Of a DNA stretch of 39,754 bases, positions 17,509 to 27,285 are shown piece by piece. The translations under genes were made by a program, and so were the position numbers. The DNA lies in the NCBI GenBank assembly GCA_003222375.1, contig QHVX01000009.1:1-39754 (forward strand), read 5' to 3'. The notes below the pieces were generated by a model. The model did not search any database and was not told the origin of the DNA. It saw only the letters and a program-made list of their open reading frames with translations. This DNA comes from Acidobacteriota bacterium (GTDB taxonomy: Bacteria > Acidobacteriota > Thermoanaerobaculia > Gp7-AA8). Numbering within the stretch: the stretch's first letter is position 1; each line of letters starts with the position of its first letter.

Positions 17509-20232
17509 TTGACGGCTGCAGACGGCACAACCGAACCAAAACTGAAGCGGCCGACGCTCGAGCGAGCGCGCTTCCCGCTGGTTTGGAAGTTGTTCGGTCT
17601 GACGGCGCTGCTGATCGTGATCGTGGTCGCCATCGCGGTCGGCATCACGATTCAACGCGCGGACGCGATTGCCGCGAACACGGTCAACACTTCGATTTCG
17701 AACGCCGCAAACCTCTTTCGTGAATTCGAGCGTCAGCGCCTCGGCCGCCTCGCTCTTCCAGCCATCCTGTTAGGCAACGATCCGAAGTTCGTCGCCTACA
17801 TCCAGGAATCGATGGGCGGGCAAGTCATCGACCTGGTGAGCATCGCCGATCAACTCGAGCAGCGCCGGCAATCCCTGGGCACCGATCTGCTGATTCTTCT
17901 CGACGATCAGGGCCGCATTGTCGCGCGCACCGATCAGCCGACGGTGAACACAGCGGGTCGCGAGGACTTGTACGAACAGTCGCCGCTCGTGAAGAAAATC
18001 GTCGACGATGTGAGCGTCGAGTTCACCGCCGGCGTTTTGCCGCTGAGCAAGAAGCTGTTCCACGCCGCGGTCGCGCCGATCGGCGCCGGAGCGAACAACG
18101 TCCGCGTCGGATATCTGGTCAACGCCTACGGGATCGACGACGCTTTTGCGAACCGTATCGCCGACGCGACCAACGCGGGCGTCATTTTCTTTTCGCCGAA
18201 TTCACTGGCGCGATCGGCGAATGCGCCGGCGTTCAACATGGCGCAGATGACAGGCACGGACCGGATCCTGAAAACCGGCAAACCTGTTCCACCTTCACGG
18301 CTCCAGATCGAACGCAATCGGTACGTCATGACCGGGCAGCCGTTGACGTCGGGAGGCGACACGGTCGGCGCTGCGGTGTTCATCCGCTCGCTCGAACGCG
18401 AGCTCGCGCCCTTCCGCCAAATCGAGCAGGCGCTTCTCTTCGGCGGCGGCGCGGCGCTGCTGCTGGCGTTCATCCTCTCCTACCTGATCGCAAAGCGGGT
18501 GACGCGGCCGATCGAGCAGCTCGCGATGACGGCGCAGTCGGTGACCGCCGGCGACTACTCCGTGCAGCCAAACATCGCGCGCGGCGACGAAATCGGCATC
18601 CTGGGCCGGTCGTTCGCGAAGATGATCGTCGCGCTTCGCGACAAGGCCGAGCTCGAAGAGCTGTACGAACAGATGGCCGCAAAATCGGCAGAGCGCGAGG
18701 CGGCAGCGGCGGCGGCCGCCGTTTCCAGAGCTTCGGAGCCGGCGCGGCTGGATGAAGGAACGGTCGTCGTGACCGATCTCCGCGGTCTGCCTCCGGTCGG
18801 CGATGGCGATCCGGCGCTTCTGGTCGGTGCGGTCAGCCGTGTGATGAAGCTGCAGGAAGCGGAGGTCGCGCGGCAGGACGGCGAGGTTCGCGAAGTCGAA
18901 GGGCATCGCCTGGTGAGCGTGTTCCGCGGTGATCGCGGAGTTTTGCATGCGATCCGTGCTGCCCGCGCGATCAACGAGGAGCTCGCTACGCTCACCGACG
19001 TGCAGATGTCAATCAGCGTCGGTATCGCGACCGGCCAGTTCGTGACCGGTTCGATCGAGGTCGACGGCAGCACCGGTCTCGCGATCCTCGGTAACGCGCC
19101 GCAGTTGGCGAGCGTGCTGGCATGGCACGCGCCGAATGGCTACGCGTACATCTCGTATGAAACTGCGCAGACGGCGGGCGGCGAGATCATGTCGGGTTCG
19201 ACACGGGAATCGATTCAGCTCAAATGGCTGCCGCAGCCGCTGCCGGTCGCATCGATGCCGTTGGTGAGCATCACGACCGGGGTCATGCGATCGATCGGCG
19301 CGACGACCGACTCGATGACAACGATGCGAATGGATGAGACTGCCGGCGCACCGCCGCCTCCCAGCGCCGCTATTGCGGAGCTGGCACCCGGACTTCTGTT
19401 CGCCAACCGCTATCGCATCGAACAGATCCTCGGCCGCGGCGGAATGGGCATCGTCTACAAGGCGAATGACACGCAGCTCGACGAGACGGTCGCGATCAAG
19501 ACCCTGCCCGGTGACGTGATGACGCGTTCAGCCGAAGAGCTGGAGCGATTCAAACGCGAGATTCGCCTCGCGCGGAAGATCACGCATCGCAACGTTCTCC
19601 GGACCTACGATTACGGCGAGGCCGAAGGCGTCTACTTCATCAGCATGGAGTGCGTCCGCGGCTACACGCTGTGGGAGCTTCTCGAAGAAGCGCCCAATCA
19701 TCGCCTTGCGCCGCGCGTTGCGCTGGGCATCGCGCGTCAGATTTGCCGCGGGTTGCAGGCAGCGCACGAGCAGGGAATCATCCACCGGGACATCAAGCCG
19801 CAGAACGTGCTCATCGATCACAAAGGCGAAGTGAAGCTGATGGACTTCGGCATCGCGCGCGTGGCGGAAGCGAAGGAAGGGATGACGCAGGCCGGCCTGA
19901 TCGTCGGAACTCCGCACTACATGAGCCCCGAACAGGTGCAGGGAAAACAACTCGATCCGCGCAGCGACGTCTACTCAGTCGGCATCTTGATCTACGAGAT
20001 GCTCGTCGGCGCGAAGCCGTTCGTCGCACCCTCGCTGACCGCCGTGCTGACCGCGCACATCACCGAGACGCCCAGGCCGGCGATCGAGCTGCGGCCGGAG
20101 ATCGGACGCGAAGTCAACGGCATCGTGATGCGCTGCCTCGCGAAAAACGCGAAGGATCGCTACACCGATGCCGGCGCGCTGCTGCAGGATCTCGATCAGG
20201 TGCAGATGACCGCCGCTGCGGTAGCGGCGTGA
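17509..20232 (+). CDS. membrane sensor protein: periplasmic domain, HAMP, degenerate class-III cyclase-homology domain, Ser/Thr kinase
   Basis: 907-aa ORF. The TTG start directly abuts the upstream TGA. It has two TM helices and a HAMP-like stretch (RPIEQLAMTAQSVTAGDYS...DEIGILGRSFAKM). A CHD-like segment follows (GTVVVTDLRG...SVGIATGQFVTG...ILGN). The kinase motifs are GRGGMGIVYKA, VAIK, HRDIKPQNVLI, DFGIAR and SPEQ. Confidence 0.85.
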   Translation: MTAADGTTEPKLKRPTLERARFPLVWKLFGLTALLIVIVVAIAVGITIQRADAIAANTVNTSISNAANLFREFERQRLGRLALPAILLGNDPKFVAYIQESMGGQVIDLVSIADQLEQRRQSLGTDLLILLDDQGRIVARTDQPTVNTAGREDLYEQSPLVKKIVDDVSVEFTAGVLPLSKKLFHAAVAPIGAGANNVRVGYLVNAYGIDDAFANRIADATNAGVIFFSPNSLARSANAPAFNMAQMTGTDRILKTGKPVPPSRLQIERNRYVMTGQPLTSGGDTVGAAVFIRSLERELAPFRQIEQALLFGGGAALLLAFILSYLIAKRVTRPIEQLAMTAQSVTAGDYSVQPNIARGDEIGILGRSFAKMIVALRDKAELEELYEQMAAKSAEREAAAAAAAVSRASEPARLDEGTVVVTDLRGLPPVGDGDPALLVGAVSRVMKLQEAEVARQDGEVREVEGHRLVSVFRGDRGVLHAIRAARAINEELATLTDVQMSISVGIATGQFVTGSIEVDGSTGLAILGNAPQLASVLAWHAPNGYAYISYETAQTAGGEIMSGSTRESIQLKWLPQPLPVASMPLVSITTGVMRSIGATTDSMTTMRMDETAGAPPPPSAAIAELAPGLLFANRYRIEQILGRGGMGIVYKANDTQLDETVAIKTLPGDVMTRSAEELERFKREIRLARKITHRNVLRTYDYGEAEGVYFISMECVRGYTLWELLEEAPNHRLAPRVALGIARQICRGLQAAHEQGIIHRDIKPQNVLIDHKGEVKLMDFGIARVAEAKEGMTQAGLIVGTPHYMSPEQVQGKQLDPRSDVYSVGILIYEMLVGAKPFVAPSLTAVLTAHITETPRPAIELRPEIGREVNGIVMRCLAKNAKDRYTDAGALLQDLDQVQMTAAAVAA

Positions 20233-20233
20233 C

Positions 20234-20307
20234 GTCATCCTGAGCCGCGCAGACGGCGAAGGATCTCGATCGCGCAACTTGAGATCCTTCGCTCCGCTCA
20301 GGATGAC
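20234..20307. repeat. long imperfect palindrome between convergent genes; REP-like or bidirectional terminator
   Basis: GTCATCCTGAGC...CGAAGGATCTC (20234-20267) pairs with GAGATCCTTCG...GCTCAGGATGAC (20281-20307). Confidence 0.6.
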
Positions 20308-20331
20308 GCTCGGCTCCGCTGTCGCCTCGCG

Positions 20332-21003
20332 TCACTTCCAAATCGACTCGAGCAGCGGCGCCTTGAAATAAAGACTGCCGACTTTCAACGCGTCTTCCTG
20401 CCCGACGTTGTCGAGCTCGAAGCTCTTCAATCGAATCAGCGGCAGTTTCTTGTAGCGTCGAAAGTTCAGCTCGACGTACAGCGGCGTGCCCGGGATGGAC
20501 TTCCACGACTCCGCGGTCGAGGGCGAGATGCCGCGGACAAACGCGTCCACGATCCGCCGCAACTGCAGGTTCTCGGGAATCGCGTTCGTCGTCCAGACAT
20601 CGATCCAGGCGTCGGGACCGAAGATCAAGCGATACCGTCGCGCCGCGATGCCGCGAACTTTTCCGGAGACCGGCGGCGCGATCGGAGGCGGTACGGATGC
20701 GATGTCGTCATCGTTCTTGGCCTTCTGCAACATGCTGGTGATTTCTGACACCGGCATCGTCGTGTACATCCGGCCGTACGGGTTCATGATCGTGACGGTC
20801 GGCGTTCCGAGGCGGCTGAAGCCATCCAGCCAGAGAGAGTCGGCGCGCACGCCGGCGGGATAAACGTGAAGCGTGATCGAGCCGAACCTGCTGAGGTACG
20901 GGAAAGGCGCCGCGGTATTCGCTTCGAGTTGGATGTGATACGGCTTGGGCGGAGCAGCGTGAACAGAAGTCGCGACGAGCAGAGCGAGAAAGATTCTTTT
21001 CAT
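20332..21003 (-). CDS. hypothetical secreted protein
   Basis: The start is ATG 21003 (MKRIFLALLVATSVHA, signal peptide). It overlaps the GT2 stop in a TGATG arrangement, which implies translational coupling. Confidence 0.65.
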   Translation of the reverse strand: MKRIFLALLVATSVHAAPPKPYHIQLEANTAAPFPYLSRFGSITLHVYPAGVRADSLWLDGFSRLGTPTVTIMNPYGRMYTTMPVSEITSMLQKAKNDDDIASVPPPIAPPVSGKVRGIAARRYRLIFGPDAWIDVWTTNAIPENLQLRRIVDAFVRGISPSTAESWKSIPGTPLYVELNFRRYKKLPLIRLKSFELDNVGQEDALKVGSLYFKAPLLESIWK

Positions 21004-21707
21004 CAGGGGCGGTGGGTCAGTGCATAAAGATACCAGCGTAGGTATCGCGGCAGCCATCGCAACAATTGGAAGCGCGACTGCCCCCTGGAACGGTCGCGCC
21101 ACTCCGTGGGCACTTCCACGACGCGATAACCGGCAGCGTAAGCCTTGGCGGTGAGCTCCAGCGAGTACTCGAACCCGCCGCGGCTTTCGATTTCAAAAGA
21201 CTTCAGGACGTCGCGTCGATACGCGCGAAACGCATTCGTGGCGTCGTGGACCGGAAAGCCTGCAAGGTGCAGCGAGAGCCCGGCAAGGCGCGACAGCGTC
21301 TTTTTGATCATGCCGCCGCCAATTTGCCGGCCGCCTCGCATGTAGCGCGATGCGCACACCACGTCGGCTTCCCCGGCGCGAATCCGGCGCACCATCTCGT
21401 TCACGATCGCGGGATCATCAGACAGATCGGCCATCGTGATGATCACGACATCGCCTGTCGCGGCGTCAATGCCGCTTCGGATCGCGGCCAGGACCCCGCT
21501 TCCCCGCGTATTTCGAACGAGCGTCAAGCCTTCGTATCGATCGCTCAACGAGCGCGCGACCGGCAACGTGTCGTCGTCGTCGAAGTCGTAGACGATCAGC
21601 ACACGCTTCGCGTACGGAACGCTGCGGTACAACTCGGTCACCATCGCTGCAATGTTTTTGCTCTCGTTGAAAACGGGAACGATGAAATCGACAGTTTCAG
21701 ATGGCAC
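21003..21707 (-). CDS. family-2 glycosyltransferase (polyprenyl-phosphate sugar synthase type, DPM1/ArnC-like)
   Basis: 234-aa ORF with IVPVFNESKNI and the acidic motif YDFDDDDT. Its small size is typical of Dpm1/ArnC-like GT2 enzymes. Confidence 0.85.
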   Translation of the reverse strand: MPSETVDFIVPVFNESKNIAAMVTELYRSVPYAKRVLIVYDFDDDDTLPVARSLSDRYEGLTLVRNTRGSGVLAAIRSGIDAATGDVVIITMADLSDDPAIVNEMVRRIRAGEADVVCASRYMRGGRQIGGGMIKKTLSRLAGLSLHLAGFPVHDATNAFRAYRRDVLKSFEIESRGGFEYSLELTAKAYAAGYRVVEVPTEWRDRSRGQSRFQLLRWLPRYLRWYLYALTHRP

Positions 21708-22716
21708 CGACGGACACCCTTTCTCGAATCCAGGGCACGATCTCGTCGAGAGCTTCTTCGACGCTGGTGGTCGCTTCGAAGTTCAGGATCCGTTTCGCCT
21801 TCTCGGTGCTCGGAATCCGTCGCTGCACGTCGTAGCGGAACGGTTTGTCGGAAACGTACCGGAACGGATCGCCCGGCCGGATTTTCTTCCAGATCAGCTC
21901 GGCGAGCTTCAGCACCGTCATCGATTGCGGGGACGAGAGATTGAAGTCTTCGTTGAGCGCCTTGGGCGATTCGACCGCCAGGCGGATTCCTCTTCCGAGG
22001 TCGCCGCCATATGTGTAATGCCGCACTTGGTTGCCATCGCCCAGGATGTGCAGCGGATCCTGACCCTTGAGAACTCTTTGCACGAGATCGGGCACGACGT
22101 GACTCATCGCGAGGCGAACATTGCCGGACGTCAATCTGCTTTCGACGACCGCGTTCGACTCGCCAATGCCGATGCAGTTGAACGGACGCACAATCGTGAA
22201 CGGCAGGCCGTACTGTTCCCTGGCGCCTTGCGCGAAGTACTCCGTCGCGAGTTTTTGAAATCCGTATGTCGACCTCGGTGGCGGACTGCGCCGTTCCTCA
22301 CCTTCGGGAGTCGGATAGACATCGGTGCTTTCGAAAACCATCGAAGAGGAGATGACGGTGATCTTGTGCAGCGTCTGACGCTGATGCGCGCGGATGGCGG
22401 CATCGAATGCGCTGGCCGTGATGCGCTCGTTCTCCGCGATCAGATCGTAGGCCAGCTCGTGAAAGAGCGCGATGCCTCCGACGACTGCCGCGCCGGCGAC
22501 GAAGTGATCGCAATCGCGCAACAGATCATCGAGCAGGGCCGCATCTTTCGCGTCTCCGCGAATGAATCGATAACGCGGATGATCGGCGTAGCTGCGCTGC
22601 AGGGCACCGTACTTCGAGAGATTGTCGAGCCCCACGACTTCATAATCCGCGCGCAGCAGCTCCTCGATGAGATAACCGGCGATGAAGCCTCCCGCACCGG
22701 TGACGAGAATCTTCAT
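21697..22716 (-). CDS. NAD-dependent nucleoside-diphosphate-sugar epimerase/dehydratase (SDR family)
   Basis: The start is ATG 22716 (MKILVTGAGGFIAGYL, GxxGxxG). It has a YxxxK-like motif (YGFQK) and an ATGA overlap with the upstream gene. Confidence 0.85.
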   Translation of the reverse strand: MKILVTGAGGFIAGYLIEELLRADYEVVGLDNLSKYGALQRSYADHPRYRFIRGDAKDAALLDDLLRDCDHFVAGAAVVGGIALFHELAYDLIAENERITASAFDAAIRAHQRQTLHKITVISSSMVFESTDVYPTPEGEERRSPPPRSTYGFQKLATEYFAQGAREQYGLPFTIVRPFNCIGIGESNAVVESRLTSGNVRLAMSHVVPDLVQRVLKGQDPLHILGDGNQVRHYTYGGDLGRGIRLAVESPKALNEDFNLSSPQSMTVLKLAELIWKKIRPGDPFRYVSDKPFRYDVQRRIPSTEKAKRILNFEATTSVEEALDEIVPWIRERVSVGAI

Positions 22717-23927
22717 TGGAGGAGAGCGCCCTTGCCGTAGAAGTTCCAGATATCGATCACGCGCCGGCCACCGAGGTCCAGCTCGCGATAACGTCGATGC
22801 GGCGCGCCGAGGATGATGAGGTCGCAACTGTCGACGAGATCTTCAGCGGGGATGAACCGCGGGTCCGAGATGTATTCGTCGCTGCAAACGACCTCGCGCG
22901 CTTCGTATTCGAGAATCTTTCGGAGCTTGTACGACAGTGACGCTCGTGGATCGTCGCTCTCCGCTTTGAAGCTCATCCCCAGGATTCCGACTCGCATCTC
23001 GTTAAGCGGATGCCTTCTCTTGAGGTGCCGGACGATGAAATTCGGCAAGCCCTCGTTGATCAGCATCGCAGCATGGCCGAGCTGGAAATTGTTGTTGTAG
23101 GCCGCGGCCAGCTGCATCGTGTCTTTGAAGAGGCAGGGTCCGGCCGCGAAGCCGCTGCCTGGAAAACCGGACATCCGCGGATAGTCGGCGACGACGGCGT
23201 CATAAATGCGATAGAAATCGAGTCCATAATCGGCGGCGATCATGAAGAACTGGTTGGCGGCCGCAAACTGAATGTATCGCCACGAGTTCGTGAAGACTTT
23301 CGCGAGCTCGGCCTCCGCCGGATCGAGCCGGATGATGTTCGGACTCAGCCGTCCGAACAACGCGGCCGCCATTTCGGTCGCCTGGCCGTCACAGCCGGCA
23401 ACAATTTGCGGCAGCGTCTTGAACTCTTTCAACGCATGTCCTTCGGCGATGCGCTCGGGACAAAACGCCACGTGCACGCGGAGTCCCGCTTCGCGCAACA
23501 ACTCGTCCACCTTGGCAGTCGTTCCCGGAAAGACAGTGCTTCTCAAAATGATGCACTGACCGTCGCGCAGATGTGGTGTCAGGCCCGTGAAGAAGCGCCG
23601 AATCGTGTAAAAGGTCGGGTTCAAGTGTTCGTCGACCGGCGTGCCGATCACCACGACGACGTACTGCGCTTTAGCTACAGATTCCGGAGTAGTCGATGCG
23701 CAAAGCGTTTTTCCGATGTGCTTGCGAAGAAGCGCATCGGCACCTTCCTCACGGAAAGGCATGACGCCCTGGCCTACCGTCTTCACCGCCTGAGAGTCGA
23801 TGTCGTAGATCGACACCCGCAGCCCGCTCTCCGCAAATGCGATGGCCAGCGGAAGGCCGACGTGGCCGCAGCCGCCGACGACACAGACGTCGAATTGATC
23901 GCTCACCGGCACGACAGTGTATCGCAA
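22713..23927 (-). CDS. nucleotide-sugar dehydrogenase (UDP-glucose/GDP-mannose dehydrogenase family)
   Basis: 404-aa ORF with an N-terminal Rossmann motif (VCVVGGCGHVGLPLA) and the catalytic-Cys motif GFAAGPCLFKD. The start codon (TTG at 23927) is uncertain. Confidence 0.85.
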   Translation of the reverse strand: MRYTVVPVSDQFDVCVVGGCGHVGLPLAIAFAESGLRVSIYDIDSQAVKTVGQGVMPFREEGADALLRKHIGKTLCASTTPESVAKAQYVVVVIGTPVDEHLNPTFYTIRRFFTGLTPHLRDGQCIILRSTVFPGTTAKVDELLREAGLRVHVAFCPERIAEGHALKEFKTLPQIVAGCDGQATEMAAALFGRLSPNIIRLDPAEAELAKVFTNSWRYIQFAAANQFFMIAADYGLDFYRIYDAVVADYPRMSGFPGSGFAAGPCLFKDTMQLAAAYNNNFQLGHAAMLINEGLPNFIVRHLKRRHPLNEMRVGILGMSFKAESDDPRASLSYKLRKILEYEAREVVCSDEYISDPRFIPAEDLVDSCDLIILGAPHRRYRELDLGGRRVIDIWNFYGKGALLQ

Positions 23928-23962
23928 CGATATGACATTATTTTCGTGTTAGGCCTGGATCG

Positions 23963-25876
23963 ATGATCGCTCTGCGGATCGTGTTTCTCCTGTTGCTGCT
24001 GGCGGTCTGTTCTGTTTTTCCGGGATTTTTGCTGGTGCGCAAGCTGCGGTGGAGCGCGGCAGAAAAACTGTGCGGGTCGATCGCGGCGTCGCTGATCTTC
24101 CTTTATCTCGCGTCCTTCCTGGTTTTTTTCCTGTGGCTGCCTACGTGGTGCTACTGGCTTCCCTCCGCTGCCTCTCTGGTCGCGGCTGTCGTTGTATGGC
24201 GCGACCTGACGAGACTCGTGATGACGCGCCACGTTCGGCGGTTTCTCGCCGGATACCTCTTTTTGTTCGTGTGGACGTTTACGCTGCTTCTCCTGGTGCG
24301 GACATACAGCGGGGGAGGGTGGGGCGGCGACTGGCTCGAACATTTTCATCGGTCGCTCTTTTTTCTCCGCCATCTTCCGCCCGGGACAATGTTCGTCGAT
24401 GTGTACGCGCTACCGGCGCGTCCGCCGATGATGAATGTGCTGACTGCGTTTTTTCTGGCACACGCCGGGGACAGCTTCGAGAACTTCTCGGTCGTATTTC
24501 TCGGCCTCAACTTGCTCGTTTTTTTTCCGTGCGCGCTGATGCTGCCGGCATTCGCGCGGCGGGGATCGAAAAGAATCCTGATCCTGGTGGGCCTGCTTGC
24601 CTGCTCGCCGATGTTGATGCAGAACGCGACCTACACCTGGACGAAATCGCTGTGCTCCTTTTACGTGATCTTCGGGCTCTGGCTGTACCTCGCGGGCCTG
24701 CGAAAAAACGAGGCGTCGAGAATCGTTGCGGCGTTCATCTCGCTGGCGGCCGGCATGCTGGTGCACTACGCGGCCGGTCCCTATCTCATCTTTGTGACGG
24801 CGCATCTTCTGATCACGTCCATGCGACGGAGATGGCGCGTCATCCTGATAGCGGGAGCCTGTTCATCAGTCCTGTTCGGAACGTGGCTGGCGTGGTCGAT
24901 TGCGAATTACGGCCTGCGATCGACATTCGCTTCGAACACGACGGTCACGACCTCGCAGCAACTCGGTGACTCGAACGCGCGCAAGTTTCTCCTCAATCTT
25001 CGCGACACGATCGTGCCGCATCCACTTCGCGAACTGCCGATTGATCGCGACCAGCGGCAAGCCGGCTATGTCCGCGACTACTTTTTCCTGATGTATCAGA
25101 CGAATCTCGTCACGGGCATGGGCATTGTCGGCGGCTTGGTCATCGTGTATCTCTTTTTTCGAGTCGTACGGCAAAGGCGCGAAATCTTCTGGCTGGTCTT
25201 CATCCCGGCCATGTTTCTCCTCGGCATCGCCGTTGTCGGTGAGCGCGATCCCGCCGGATCGGCGCACCTCACGCTGCAACCGATCGTCTTTCTGGGCCTG
25301 ACATTCCTGGCGGCGCGTTTCTTCACGCTTGGAATGCTGGCCAGATCGGCGGTCATCGCCGGATGCGCGATCGATCTCGTCTTCGGCGTGTTTCTGCAGC
25401 ATGGCCTCGAAAATTACGAGAACGACGTATGCCAGGAACGCTTTCAGTCCGCGGTTCGTGCCGCACCTACCGGCGTTTACGTCGTCACGGAAACAGACAT
25501 CTCTCCGACAGCAGCGTCGAACTGGCGGATGAAAAGGTACGCGTTCGTGCCGAAAACAATTGCGCCGATGCTGTCGAAGGCCACGCTCAAGCCGGAAGCG
25601 CGCGCGATGATCCTGCACCGGCTCGAAGTGCAGTCGCGCATTCTGCGCGATGAGGATTTGTCAGCCTGGGGTGGATGGTGGCGCCGCCATTCCGATCGCG
25701 TCACATTCCTCGGCGATCACATCGGCTGTCACGTCTGGTTTCTCTACGCCTTCGACGTGATGCTACTCGGCGGTCTGGTCACAGTGATCCGGCGGCAGCC
25801 GCGCTTCACAGAGCCGACCGAGCAGCCGCAGATGGACCGCCGATCGCGCCGCAGAGCCAGACGCCGAAAACGCTAG
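23963..25876 (+). CDS. polytopic membrane protein, probable GT-C (ArnT/PMT-like) glycosyltransferase
   Basis: 637-aa ORF with at least 10 hydrophobic helices and a basic C-terminal tail. The functional call rests mainly on context: it is divergent from the GT2, epimerase and dehydrogenase genes. Confidence 0.6.
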   Translation: MIALRIVFLLLLLAVCSVFPGFLLVRKLRWSAAEKLCGSIAASLIFLYLASFLVFFLWLPTWCYWLPSAASLVAAVVVWRDLTRLVMTRHVRRFLAGYLFLFVWTFTLLLLVRTYSGGGWGGDWLEHFHRSLFFLRHLPPGTMFVDVYALPARPPMMNVLTAFFLAHAGDSFENFSVVFLGLNLLVFFPCALMLPAFARRGSKRILILVGLLACSPMLMQNATYTWTKSLCSFYVIFGLWLYLAGLRKNEASRIVAAFISLAAGMLVHYAAGPYLIFVTAHLLITSMRRRWRVILIAGACSSVLFGTWLAWSIANYGLRSTFASNTTVTTSQQLGDSNARKFLLNLRDTIVPHPLRELPIDRDQRQAGYVRDYFFLMYQTNLVTGMGIVGGLVIVYLFFRVVRQRREIFWLVFIPAMFLLGIAVVGERDPAGSAHLTLQPIVFLGLTFLAARFFTLGMLARSAVIAGCAIDLVFGVFLQHGLENYENDVCQERFQSAVRAAPTGVYVVTETDISPTAASNWRMKRYAFVPKTIAPMLSKATLKPEARAMILHRLEVQSRILRDEDLSAWGGWWRRHSDRVTFLGDHIGCHVWFLYAFDVMLLGGLVTVIRRQPRFTEPTEQPQMDRRSRRRARRRKR

Positions 25877-26332
25877 AACGTGGAATCGAGGAAAGGCCGG
25901 AGCTTCTTCGATCGCGACGGATGCCGCAGCTTGCGCAGGGCCTTCGATTCGATTTGGCGGATGCGCTCGCGCGTGACGTTGAACGAGCGGCCGACTTCCT
26001 CGAGCGTATGCTCGGATCCGTCGCCCACGCCAAATCGCATCTTGAGCACCTGCTCCTCGCGCGGCGTCAGCGTGCGGAGGACCTTGTTGGTCTGCTCTTT
26101 CAGATTCGCCACGATGACGTGATCGATCGGGGAGATCACGCCGCGATCCTCGATGAAATCGCCAAGATGCGAATCTTCCTCTTCGCCGATCGGCGTCTCG
26201 AGTGAGATCGGCTCCTGCGCGATCTTCATGATCTTGCGGACCTTCGCCACCGGCATGTCCATCCGGTCGGCGATCTCCTCGGCTTGCGGTTCGCGGCCGA
26301 GCTCCTGGACCAGCGCGCGTGAGGTGCGCGTG

Positions 26333-26364
<32 letters not shown>

Positions 26365-26413
26365 AATGCGGATGGTGCGAGCCTGATCGGCGATCGCGCG
26401 CGTGATGGCCTGA

Positions 26414-26454
<41 letters not shown>

Positions 26455-26779
26455 GCGGTACTCGAATTTCTCGACCGCCTTCATGAGACCGATGTTGCCT
26501 TCCTGGATCAGGTCGAGGAACTGCAGTCCGCGATTGGTGTACTTCTTCGCGATCGAGACGACGAGGCGAAGGTTCGCGACGATCAGTTCCTGCTTCGCCT
26601 GATCGGCTTCCTCTTCGCCGGCCTTGATGTCCTTGATCGTCACGCGAAGCTCGATATGGCTCGTGCCGTAGAACGACTCGAGCTCGCGCAGTTTTTCCTG
26701 ATACTTCTGCAGGCGCCGGCGGTAGAAGTCGCGGCGCGTCTTGTCCTTCTCGCGCTTGAGCGCTGCCTCGTCCTTGCGG

Positions 26780-26978
26780 ATCATCGCGGCCTCCAGCGGC
26801 ATCGTCGACAAGACCAACGATCCTGTCCGCATGTATCTGCGCGAAATGGGGACGGTCAAGCTGCTCGATCGGCAGGGCGAAGTCGACATCGCGAAGCGCA
26901 TTGAAAAGGGCGAGCGCAAGGTCTACAAGGCGCTCTCGCAGAACCGCATCATCCTCGAAGAAATCCTGAAGATCCACG
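26780..26978. repeat. left arm of the 199-bp perfect inverted repeat (antisense copy of rpoD region 1.2)
   Basis: It is the reverse complement of 27087-27285, read base by base by eye. On the plus strand it encodes [66 protein letters not shown]. Confidence 0.9.
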
Positions 26979-27086
26979 TCGTGAGCGCCGTCGCCGACAG
27001 CGTGGCGGCATCGATCTCGTCCTCATCCTCGGGCATCGCGAGATCGATCATCTCTTTGATGACGCGTGTGTCCTTCTTCGCGCTCT

Positions 27087-27285
27087 CGTGGATCTTCAGG
27101 ATTTCTTCGAGGATGATGCGGTTCTGCGAGAGCGCCTTGTAGACCTTGCGCTCGCCCTTTTCAATGCGCTTCGCGATGTCGACTTCGCCCTGCCGATCGA
27201 GCAGCTTGACCGTCCCCATTTCGCGCAGATACATGCGGACAGGATCGTTGGTCTTGTCGACGATGCCGCTGGAGGCCGCGATGAT
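27087..27285. repeat. right arm of the 199-bp perfect inverted repeat (sense copy of rpoD region 1.2 on the minus strand)
   Basis: It is the reverse complement of 26780-26978. The flanking bases differ on both sides, which sets the arm boundaries. Confidence 0.9.

Noticed and set aside
26780-27285. The 506-bp palindromic module in rpoD considered as an IS, MITE or invertible promoter switch.
   Set aside because: The arms are rpoD coding sequence itself (region 1.2). There is no transposase or recombinase gene nearby, no target-site duplication, and no promoter-like sequence in the 108-bp spacer. It is kept as a finding, but as a duplication or artefact and not as a mobile element.
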